64,000 nucleotides of DNA from Mantamonas sphyraenae STR306 (lineage: Eukaryota > Protista > CRuMs): contig JAPMXV010000053.1 of the NCBI GenBank assembly GCA_026936335.1, positions 124,001 to 188,000 on the forward strand, written 5' to 3'. The position numbers and the translations under genes were made by a program. The notes below the pieces were generated by a model. That model was not told the origin of the DNA, made no database searches, and saw nothing but the letters and a program-made list of their open reading frames with translations. Positions 8,495-19,686 of the stretch are shown here, piece by piece; position 1 is the first letter of the stretch; each line of letters begins with the position of its first letter.

Positions 8495-11400
8495 TCCGCA
8501 GGAATGGAGGCCATCTCTGACGTGGACCCATGATGGTTCCTGTTCTCCTGTTGCTGCTGTTGCCTTTCAAAGTGTCCAATCATGACCTGTGCCAGCTGTG
8601 CTGCCGCTTCTTGGATGCCTGCCGACACGGGTTGATGTTGTTGATGGTGCTCGTGTTGTGATACGGCCTCGCTGCCCGGTGGCACCGCACCTTCCGGAAT
8701 CGGAGGAGTGTGCACCTGCAGCGAATCCTTGGTTGAGCCGTGCACACGCATGGTCAGGTCCCGTAGCTGTGCCTGCTGCATGCTCATCGTTTCTGCCAGC
8801 AGGCCCATTTGTGCTTGCATATTTGCCATCTGCCACAGCATCAGCACCATCAGCAGCATCGACACCACAGCCAATCCCTGAGCGGAAGACAGTGCACTCC
8901 ATGCCCCCTTGGCCACCATCATGGCCAAACCGTCTGGTTTCTTGCGCTCGCGTCCCGCGGCAGATCCTCCTGGGCCCGCCGTTGCCGTGCCGGTCACCGC
9001 CGCTGCAAGCGAGGAGGACGTGGCTGCTGCCGCCGCTGCCTCGCTGGGCGACGCCACACTGCCTGTTTCTGCACTCACCACACTGCCGCTGCTGATACTG
9101 GCCGACTCGTCCATGTCTGCGGCCGTGGGGCGTCGCTTGCGGCTCTTGGACGACAAAGACGACTTGTGGTGGCGTCGTTTGCCCTTGCCGTCGCTGTGCT
9201 TGCTGCCTTTGCCCTTGCTGTCGCTGCGACGTGCGTTTGCGCTGCTACGTTCCCTGTGGCTCTGCTTGTCTGCGCTCACCACCCCCTGTGCCAAGCGCAG
9301 CCAGAACTCGTACGAGTCCTTGCTCTCCTTCTGCGAACCGTCTTCAATGCGACCTTTCCACCACGTACTCTTGATCCAGTTGATACCCAGCGAAATGGTC
9401 AGCCTGCAGCGTGTGGCACCCGTGGTTGCGTCCTGGAACTCTTCCAGCTCCCACTTGCTGTCCAGGTTGAAGTGGTCTCCGTACGGCACGTCCTCCATCA
9501 CCTGCGCCGTTTCCATCACAAACTTGGTGCGCGTGTCGTCCACATAAAACCAGCGCTGGGACTCGTGCACACCCGTTGTGCTGGGGCCCAACGGCGCCTT
9601 GATCGGCGACCGATACGACACTGTGCGCACGTTGCCAAACTGCTCGTCCGTCTGCCATGGAGTCACTTGGATGTCCGTGTCTCCCCGCTGTGCGTGGTAT
9701 TCGTGGGTAAAGTTGGTCGAGTCGGAGAAGAACAGTCGAAACATGCCACGGATGCTCGTGTCAAACTCGCCCACAGCAAGCTGCTTCAACACACCCGGTT
9801 CCACCTTGAGGAACTTGGCCACCGGTCGCACGGGTTTGCTCAACGCCTCATCGCCTTCCTCCTCATCCTCGTCGCCGTTGTCTTGGCCACCATTGTCACC
9901 ACTCTCGTCCTCGTCGCCTCCTTCGTCCTCCTCATCCTCATCGTATCCATCGCTGTCGCTTTCCCTGTCCTCGTCGTCTTCATCTTCATCGTTGACCTCG
10001 TCGTCCTCGTTGTCCCCCCTGGCCGTGTCTCCTGCCGCCACCCCGCTTTCCGGTGCCTGCGTCACCTGCCGCTGCTCCCTTCCCAGCCCCACCTTTGCTC
10101 TGACTCTGAGCCAGCTTGGACAACGTCTGTGCTGCCACCAGCTCCTTTTGGCTGCCCGAGCGTGTGAGCTCGGCTGTGGCGCCGCTGGAGGTGCGTCGTC
10201 GGCTGCCTGATCGTCCACGTGGCGTGATGCTGGTGGGTGTACCGTCGCTGCCTGCGCTCTCGGGCCACTCTTCGTCCTCAAACGTAGCCAGGCGTTCGTT
10301 GATGAGGCGGAAGCAAGTCTTGCGTGACACAAACGAAAGGAAAAAGTGGGAGTTGCCGTCGTCGGTGTCGATGAGAATGCCTCTGTTCATGCCCAGCTGG
10401 TTCTTCTTGCTCACATGAACGATGTTCCGGTACGGCAGAATGATTTTTGTGATTCCAAAGATGGTGGAAAAGAACGAGACGTAGTTGGCACTCACGTACA
10501 GCCTGCCATGGAGCAGGATCTTTGTCACCAGCGCACACGAAAAGTCGTCGATAATGACCTCCTCCGTGCCAAAGTCAAACAGCACCTGAAACTCGTGGTC
10601 CTTGCGAGACACAAGTTGGCCCTGCTGCTGCTGTGCCCCTTCCTTGCCCTGTCCCTTGTTCTTCTTGCCTGTGTTCTTTCCTCCTCCACCCCCGCTGCTG
10701 CTGCTCCTGTCGCCGCCTCCACCGCCTCGTTGCTTCTGGCTGTTCTTGCTGCTCCCTCCCGAGTCTTTCTCCTGCTCTGCACCTGTATCCTGCTGCTCCT
10801 CCGCCGTCGCCTTGTTGGACTTGAAGAACCGTCCCATACTGCTGCTGCTGTTGCTGCTGTTGTTGTTTGTGGTGGTTGCACTGCTGCTCTGCGTGGTGTT
10901 GGGCTCCCGTTCGAGTTGGAATGACGAATGGTCGCTGCTGCTTCCTTCGTCGCTTTTGTCGCCTGAGCCGGAGGACGACTTCTTGTCTCGCTCGCCTGGA
11001 AGCTCCAGGAACGGGCTGCTGCTCACCATGGAGCGTTGCTTGTGCGGGCTCATGCTGTGTGTCCTTCTGTGCCTCGAACTGCGCACCGACGACGTCGACA
11101 GTGTGCTGTCCCTTCGCGTACTGCGCCTGCGTCCAGCGCCGCCGCTGTTGCTTTTTCGTGCACGGTCGCCGTCACTGCTCTCCTGCTTGCTGTGCTTCCT
11201 CTGTGCGTCTACATCTGCCCCCTGTACATCCTCCTCGTCGTGTTCATAATCCTCCTCGTCAATGGACAGCATACGCTGCTGTGTGGCCACGGGAGAGGCC
11301 TGCAGGCCGGACTCGGGTTCCGGCGACGGCGTGGTGTTGTTCCCTGCACGCTGCCGTGCACTGCCCTGGTAGCCCTTGTTGATCCCCTGGCCACTCACAA

Positions 11401-12324
11401 ACTTGATGTTGGCGTTGTGGAACGACATGTCCATCGACCTGCCTCGTGGCCCAGCCTTGCGCCCGTCTTCAAAGCCCCACAGTTTCTCCTCTTCCAGACG
11501 CAGCTTCTCCAGCCTGGCCAATTCGTCGTCCTGTTCACCCGCCACGCCAGTACACACCCATCCGCACGTGTGCCCCATCCGTCCACGTGTGTGTCAGCAC
11601 CCTTTCGTACTCTATGCATTGTCTCGTGTCCCCTGTGACTGTGTGGACGGCCGTGCCAGCTACTCACCTGCTCGCTTCGCTTTTCTTCGGATGGAGAGCC
11701 CCACCCTTCCGTGCCGGGCTGGTCTTCCTCGAAATCCACCACCTTCCAGAACTGGCCCGATTCTTCCCCCGATGTCGCTTCCGTGCCTGTGTGTGCCCGG
11801 TCGAGTTAGCGAGGTCCGTGTGCACGCGTACACGCTTCGTTTCTGCAAACGTTCATCGTGGTTCCAGCAACTTGCCAGGGAACCGTAGCACACGCCGTCC
11901 ACCAAACCCCCACCCATCCCCCCACATCCTCGCAGCTGGCAATAGGGACACCACGGTCTCTGTGCACCGTTTCCACTTACGTTCATCCGACGAGGTGTGC
12001 GAGGTATGGGACATACTGGCCAGCATCTCGTCGTCGATCGAGTTTGTGTTGACCAGTTCCGCTGTCGAAACGTCCTCGTCGCGCGACGCCAGACGAAGCG
12101 ACTGACGGGACAGCGACAGCGAGGGTGTGTTATATGTGTCGTTTCTCCTGCCTGTGTTGTTGTTGTTGTTTGTTGCTTGTGCCTGTACTGCCCACGTGCA
12201 ACTGTTCTCCTGGCATCGACCGCCGTCGCGGATCACTCGCCACGCTGTGCGGCCTTCCCATTGGCCTCTGGCTTCCCTGAAGCCGTGCAGAACGTCCAAC
12301 GTCCATCGAACGGCGGAACGCCAT
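8470..12324 (-). CDS. GRAM + VASt/StARkin domain, C-terminal TM (GRAMD1/Aster/Lam-type sterol transfer protein)
   Basis: GRAM: IDDFSCAL..LLHGRLYVSANYVSFFS. VASt: RGDTDIQVTPW..DVPYGDHF..KSTWWKGRIE. TM near the C-terminus. Upstream exons splice in frame (introns ~11980-11788 and ~11667-11532). Frame changes near 10015-10093 (possible 61-bp intron) and near 12170. Confidence 0.85.
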
Positions 12325-12440
12325 GTCCGAAGGTTTTTCGGGCCGTGGAGGTGCGGATCCCTGACTCATTCGGTGGTGGCAAGTTTGGTTGGCACGGATT
12401 GCGCAGCCCTGCTCGCTCATCAACCCTCACTTTGGAAATG

Positions 12441-12444
<4 letters not shown>

Positions 12445-12471
<27 letters not shown>
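12445..12471. repeat. (CA)n microsatellite in the divergent promoter between GRAM-VASt and FAM184
   Basis: About 13 perfect CA units. Confidence 0.95.
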
Positions 12472-12475
<4 letters not shown>

Positions 12476-12521
12476 TCATGAACACACAGGGCGGTGCGCA
12501 TGCAGAGGCAAAGAAAGGCGG

Positions 12522-15500
12522 ATGAGTGCAGAGTTTCAACTGCGTTCGCCCATCATCAAACCAAAGTCGGCAGGGTTGGATGCCCTGCTTCTGCCTTCAG
12601 CCAAACAGCGGCGCTCGGGACCAGCGGGGGGTTCCACGGGTGGCCGGGGAGCCTCGGGGGCTGTGGAGCCGCCGAAGGATCTGCTGCTGAAAATGAACAA
12701 GAAGATTGCGCAGCTGACCAAGGTCATCTACCACCTGAACACAAAGAACGAGGACCATGAAAGCGAAATGAAGGGTCTGGCCGACGCCTACGAGAAGGAG
12801 ATTGACCAGGTGGGTGGAAACCACGTGTGCAAACGTCTGCTCGCTCGACCGTTTCTTTTTTTTGGCGCACTGACCCGACCGGCGTCGACACACAGATCCT
12901 GCGCGACGCATACACGAAAATCACTGCGTTCCGTGAGCAACTGGAGGGCAAGAAGGACAGCACGCGTGTGCAAGCAGCTCTGGAGAGCATGCGGGAGGCG
13001 CACGAGGCTGAAAAGGCGGCGGTGCTTCAAGAGCTGTACAGCTTCAAGGAAGAGGTGGCTCAGCACGAGAAGCAGATGCAGGCATTGGCGAGCAAAAAGG
13101 TGCAGTCGATGACGTCACAGCTGTCGGCATTGAAGAATGACTTTGCGCTGCGCCTTCAAGAGTTTCAAAAGACGAATCAACGGCTGCAAGGGCAGCTGGA
13201 GGAGCAGGGCGAACGACACGGCAAGGAAATTGCCACCCTGCAACAGGAATGGACGGAAAAGGTGGAAGCACTGGTGCAGGAGCATGATGCGGCGCTGGCA
13301 GCGGTGCATCAACGGCAGCGGGAGTCGGAAAGCGAGGAGGCACGCCAATTGCAGGCCAAACATGAGGAGGAATTGGCCAAGGTGCGACAGGAGTTGGCAC
13401 AGGCACGTGAAGCAGCCACTCAGGCAGAATTGGAGCACACGGCGGCACTGGCGGAGAAGCAGGAGGTGTTGGCGAAAACGCAGGCGGATTTGCAGGCGTT
13501 GCAGCAGGCCAAGGTGTCTGTAGAGGAAACGTCGTCGGTGGCGGCGCAACAGTTGCAGAAGCAACTGGAGGAGACACAGGGACAGGTGACGCAGAAGCAG
13601 TCGCACATCGACAGTCTGCAGCAATCGCTGGAGGCGGCGATGGCGAAGCAGGAGACGGCCAAGGAGCTGCAGGAGCGCATGGAAAGGGAGGCCGAAGCAA
13701 GCAGGGCCCGCGAACAGGAACTTGGCAACCGGGTGACTGCTCTGGAGGGCCAGCTGGAGGAGGAGCGAGGGCGATGGGAAGCAGCACACTCTGCGGCGAG
13801 CGAAAGCAAGGCAGGGTTGCAGGAACAACTGCGGAGTGCGCACAGCGAACTGGAGGTGCTGCGCACAAAGAGCGAGACGGCAGCAAAGACGATGGAGCGA
13901 CTGCGGAACCAGGTGGAGGAGGGAAAGGCCGGGAAGGCGCGTGCAGTGAAAGAGGTGGAGGAGATCAAAGCGGCGAGCACACGTGCGCTGGAGAGCAAGG
14001 AGAAGGAATGGGAGGCGAGGATGAAGGATGCGTTGGCCAAGGAGCGCGAATCATTGGGCAAAGACAAGGCAGGCGTCGAGGCGGAGCATGCCGAGGCCAT
14101 GGAGGCCCTGCAGAGGCAATTGCGTGCTGCAAACGCAGAGCATCAGCGAGCTTTGGCGGCAGCAAAGGAGGAGGCGCATGCCGAACGGGCGGCACTGAAC
14201 AAAGCGCACGCAGAGGCGATGGCGGCAAAGGAAGAGGAGCAGGCTGCGTCGGATGGGACGTCGCGTGCAAGGATAAAGCAGCTGAAGGGGCGTGTGGAGG
14301 CGGCAAACAGCACGGTGGAAACGCAGCAGGCGCAGATTGCGGAGTTGGAGGCACGTGTGGCGACGCTGGAGGAGGAAGTACGCGTGGCACGGGAGGAGTT
14401 GCGTGTGGGCAAGGAAACCGCCGCGAGGGAGTCAGCAGCTGCATTGGAGGCTGCCGAAAAGGCATACCAGGAGCAGGTGGCGGTGGTGGAAAAGCGCATG
14501 AAGGGCATGCAGGACAAGGAGACGGAACAGGTGGTGGAGAAGCTGAGCGCAGAGATGGCCGAGTTGCGTGCCGTGCACGAGCGGCAGAAGAGGGAGTGGC
14601 AGAGCGGTGCAGACGCGGCGCAGCAGGAGGCAGTGGCGGCGGCGAGCAGCGCGTTGAACGAAAAGTGGCAACGCAAGCTGATTGAGACGCAGGAGGCGAC
14701 GGCGAGGCGATTGCGAGAGGAACTGGGTCAGGAACAACAGGTTGCGGTGAGCAACACGCGAGAGACGCTGCAGCTGGAGTTTGCGCGCAAGGAGGCGGAG
14801 CTGAAGAAGGCAAAGGAGGCATTGGAAGGACAAGTGCGCTCGCTGGAGCTGCAGGTGGAGATGCAGGCAGAGAACAGCAGCAAGGGGGCAGAGGCATTGC
14901 GTGCGGAGCTGGCAGAGACCAAAGCCAAGGCGGCGGCGGAGCTGGAAGCGGAACGAGAGAGCCACCGAGAGGCGATGTTGCAGATGCAGGAGGTGCAGGC
15001 TGCGGAGCTGGCAGAGGTGCGCAAGGCTGCGGACAAAGAGGCGCAGGCCAAGGTGGAGGCTGCACAACGTGCACAGGCGGCGGAGCACCAGAAACGTGTG
15101 GATGCGATGCGTGCGGCGCACGAGCAAAAGGGAATCGAGTACAGAGAGCAGTGGAAGGTGAGCGAACGGGAACTGAAAGCGCGTCAGGAACGGGAACTGG
15201 ACACGGTGCGCAGCAAGGCCGAGGGCCAGGTGGCACACGAGCGCAACAAGGTGGCGGCCAAGGAGCGTGAACTGGAGGAGGCGGCACAGCGGCTGCGTGC
15301 GGCGACGCAGGGGCGTGAGGCGGCAGAGGAGGCGCTGCAGGCGGCCAAGCAGGAATTTGTGTTTGGGCGCCAGGAGATGGAGGAGCGACACGAGGAGGAG
15401 CTGAAGGCGCTGCGGGATCACTTTGAGGAGAAGCTTGCGTCAGAGCAGGAGGCGTATGCGCTGGAGATGCGTGCGCTGGCTGTGGAGCAGGCACAGGTGG

Positions 15501-16072
15501 AGGCGCTGCACGAGGAGAAGTACGGTGCGCTGGAGGCGCAGCTGCATGTGATGCAACGACGGTTCGAAACGCGCGAATCGCGTCCAGAGGACATCGAACG
15601 CATCCAGGCGTTGCAACATGAGCTGGAAAAGCAAGCGTTGTTTGTGAACAAGGCAGCCGACGAGGTGCGCTTCTACAAGATGGAGCTCATCAACCGCGAA
15701 GAGTCGTACAACAAGACGTTCAGTCGCACGCCTAGTGTGGGTCTGCTCAACGTGCTCAAGTCGCGCGAGCAAGACTCGATGGTGTTTGGCAGCGAACGGT
15801 TGCCAGACATTGGCGGAGGAACCACTGGGGCGGGAGGCTCCTCCACGCTGTCACGCAAGAGCAGTGGCGGACAGAGCTCAATGCGTGTGGGCGGTGGGAT
15901 GAAGCGCAGCAACACGGGGGGCGGCGGTGTGGGTGGCAAGCGCAAGAGCAGTGGAGGCGGCGGGGGCAGTGGCAGTCGCAGTTCAAAGTCGTCCGTGCCT
16001 GTGCCTCAGCCTCCATCGTCGTCCTCGTCGCGCGCTCGTTCTGCAGGGCGACGGGGAGTGAGCAACAGGTGA
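12522..16072 (+). CDS. FAM184: FAM184-family coiled-coil protein
   Basis: N-terminal MNKKIAQLTKVIYHLNTKNEDHE and C-terminal RESRPEDI..MELINREESYNKTF signatures. Intron 12810-12895. Confidence 0.85.
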
Positions 16073-16121
16073 GTGGAAGAACGAAACGGGAGAGAAAAGG
16101 AAATGGGATTCATCATCCACA

Positions 16122-19100
16122 TCAGTTGTCGCCCTCGCCGCCTGGCACAAGCACAGACTCGGAGTCCTGGCGGACCAGAGTGAAGCTGTCCTTGAGTGCG
16201 GATCGGTTCTTGCCGCCTGCAAAGCGCTGGGTGGCCATGGCGAGGCAGTGGAGGACCTTTGCCTCGAGGAGTTCCTCGGAGCGTTGCTTGTTGGGGTGCG
16301 GATGGGCATCGTCTGCATCGCCGGCACCCTCCTCGGACATGTCGTACATATGATGCCTGACGACACCCAGGGCACACACACTCATCTGCATGTGGCGTGC
16401 GACGAGGATCTCAAAGATGCAGTCGTGGGAGATGGCCTGAAGGCCAAGTTGACGCATGTAGCGTGCGGTGGCGTGGGAGTTGTACAGCGTCTGGCAGGAA
16501 ATGCCGATGTTGACATCGACAGCGGGTGTGTCCTTGTCGTCATCCACGCAGAGGTCCTGCTGTTCGGTGCCGTTGCTGCTGGCGCCTTCCCCCTCCCCGT
16601 CGTCGGTGTTTGCCTTCTTGTTCTTCTTGTTCAGACGCGAAGCGTAGACGTCGGTCATGTCTGGGAAACGGACGCCCCAGCGGGGTTCGTTGTGGCCGTA
16701 GAGCGGGTTGCGTCCGAGGAGGTTGACGTGGTCGCGGAAGTGGAGGACGTCGTAGCGACGCAGCTGCGGATCGATGGAACACATACCCACGGCAGCAACA
16801 ATGTGAATGACACCGGCGTGCTTGAGGGTACGCACGACGTGGCTGCGACAGTCGTTCTGCGCTCGTTCGGTCACGGGACGGATGCCAGTCACGTACACAA
16901 AGCGGACGTCGTCCACCGTGCCGAGCACAATGGTGGCACGCACGTGTGCGGCGTCGGGCATGTGCGGCAACTGCGACAGTTCCACCTTTTGCTCGACAAC
17001 CATGCGGTCGCCAAACAGGGGCAGCTCCTCGTTGGCGAGCAGACCCACAACAGGCAGATCTTCGCCGCCGCACAGCTGGTCCTTGAGAAAGTCGGCGGCC
17101 TCTTGGATCTCCTCGTACACACCCTGGCTCTCCTTGGCCGGGGTGAACGTGTTGCCAGCGTGCAGGGCGAGATCGACGGCTGCGCTTTCGTGTTGGGCCT
17201 CGATGGCCTCCAGGGTGACCGCAGCAACGTCGTCGGCAGCCACCTCGGCACGCACGTCCTCCGGGGTGTGTTCGTGGCTGGCAAAGGTGGTGAGGAGGTC
17301 GGTGAAGTAGGCAACGAGGTAGGCGTCATTGGCAGCGTCCAAGGCCTCGTTGATGGCCGCCAGAGAGGCGGTGCCTGGCTCGTACAGAGCAGCCAGGGCG
17401 CTCGTGCACGTGGCCACAATGTTCATGCCACGGCCTTGCGCACACTGGATGATGGAGGCCCACGAGATGCCCACCTGATGGGCGTCCACGTTGACGGCAA
17501 TGGCCACTTCGGGCGGGGTGGGCAGCTGCGGGCCGTCAAAGGCCATGTATGTGCCGGGGAGGTCGGCAACCTGGTCGAGACTCTTTGCCAGATCCAGAGC
17601 CATGCCCACATACTCTTCGGAGAAGGGCTCCTGTTCGGTGAGGCTCTCTGTGGCAAAGGCATCGACGGGTTTCTCCACCCAGCGGCCGGTGTGGTCGATG
17701 AGGTCGTTGAGAACCATGGTGCTGCCGACAGGGAGCTGATGGGTGTCGACGGAGCTGCCCACGAGGGCCTGGGACATGATGGAGACGCCCAGGAGCTGGA
17801 GGACGGCCACGAGGAAGGCGCTCTCCTCGTTGGTGAAGCCCTGGAACTCGTGCTGGGCGAGAACAAAGACGGGCGATTGGCCCTGCATGCCCAGGTGCAG
17901 GGTGCCACAGAGGCCGTTGACAGAGAGCACAGGCATGTGTGGGATGTCGGCCACTTTGAGGCTGACGGGATCCTGCAACTGGGCTGCGAGGGCGGCTGCG
18001 AGCTGGGGAAAGGCAACCACACACATTTGGACCTGTTTGCCCCAGCCTTGCTTCTTGATGGCCATGTTGTACACGTAGGCAGCAGCCTCGACAAGCATCT
18101 CTGTGGATGCAGGGCGTGCCAGACGGGGTGGCAGCGGCATCGAGGTGACCACAGACGACGAGGCTTGTTCGGTGGACGATGCCTCGTCTTGGGTCTGTTG
18201 GGTCTCGTTGGCAGTGTCAAGCACCTCCACGCGACGGATGAGCTCGGAAAAGATGGCCTCAAACTTCTGTGCGGCACTCTTGGCCTCATCCTGCACCTCT
18301 TCGTGGGTGAGCACCGAGTCGCTCATGCCTGCGGCGAGGTTGGTGATGACACTCATGCCAAAGGCCTCCATGCCGGCTGCGTTTGCGGCCAGGATCTCTG
18401 GGATGGTGCTCATGCCAAAGCAGGACGCTCCGTTCGATGCACCCGAGATCACCTCCAGTGGGGTTTCAAATGTGGGCCCGGGTGACCAGCAGTAGTTGCC
18501 TGCGGGAGGTGGGTGGGTGGGTGAGCGAGAGCGGCGGGGCAAAAGGCGGTGTCAGGAATCGTGTTTCGATCGCTGGTGGGGTAGATCCACGCAAACAACC
18601 GGCAAGTGGGAGGGGCACGCGGCACGAGTGCATGTGCATGGGGCCAACAAAAAGGGTGGACTCGGTGCGTGTGGCCTGGATGGGGTACCTTCAAACACGT
18701 GGATGTCGAGGTCGGAGGCGACGTCGCGAGCAAGCTGCTGCAGACGCGGGGAAAACACCTGCGACGAGTCGAGCACGGGGGGACCAAAACGAGGGTCGTA
18801 CTTGAGATCCGAGATCGGGGAGCGGCGGACACTGTTGACATAGGAATTGATGATCATGCAGCAGCCCTTGTACATGCCCTCTCCACAGCCGCCGCTGGCG
18901 TTGCTGGCAAAGAGGATTTTGCAGCCAACGGCCGCCATGACGCGCGCGTGGAAGCCCAGCTCGTGCAGGTAGAATCCCTCGTAGGCGTGGATGCGGCCTG
19001 CGAAGCACAGGATCTGTACACACAGCGTGCATGTGTTGTGCGTGCGATGGCCCCGTTCCCAATGTTCATGCGCGCGTGTCAGAGAGTGGGAGCCAGGCGG

Positions 19101-19628
19101 AGGATTCTTTTTTTAAGGGGCAAAAGTCGGCAAGTTGCGGCGACGGACCGAGAGGGCCAAAGTCGCGGGCAAAGGGAGAAGGGGGTAATTGGGCAGGGGA
19201 AATGGAGCAGGGATGCCCCCTTTGATATGGAGGTGGCGCACGTACGTTGCGTCCGTGGATGGTGCCATGTACGAGACGGCCGCTGTGTCCGGCGACGCTT
19301 GTGCCGGGCATGTGGGGCACGTCTTTCATGGCGCACTCGGTGACGTTGTCCATGAGCGACGCAAAGTTGCTCAGGCCACTGCCCAGCACAACAGCAATCT
19401 CTGCAGTGCCCACATTCTCGCGCACGTATGCAGCTGCTTCTTCGATGTCCTTGGCATAGGCATCGGTATCCTGTGTGGTTGGCCATTTCGGGCGCAAGGG
19501 GCAGCGACGGCAAGGGGCGGCGGATTTTGCGGGTCAGGGATCACTCCCGCGTACTCTCCTGCTACTCCGGTTCACAGGGAGAGAGAGAGAGAGAGAGAGG
19601 CACATACAAAGGTAAGGAATTCGGTCAT
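16122..19628 (-). CDS. PNP: Purine nucleoside phosphorylase (trimeric NP-I type) with three tandem PNP domains, 4 exons
   Basis: MTEFLTF|DTDAYAK..VLGSGL..VAGHSG|..GRIHAYEG..SNASGG|..GPTFET..GMSTIPE..ITNLAAG..THEEV, followed by two degenerate PNP repeats. Confidence 0.9.
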
Positions 19629-19686
19629 TGGGGTGGGTGTTGGGTTGGACAGGGCAGGGTGGCGCCACTTCTGCAAAAAGAAAGAC
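19629..19686. promoter_or_regulatory. Putative 58-bp bidirectional promoter interval (PNP / SK channel)
   Basis: Only 58 bp separates the divergent ATGs at 19628 (-) and 19687 (+). No TATA box is visible. Confidence 0.5.
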
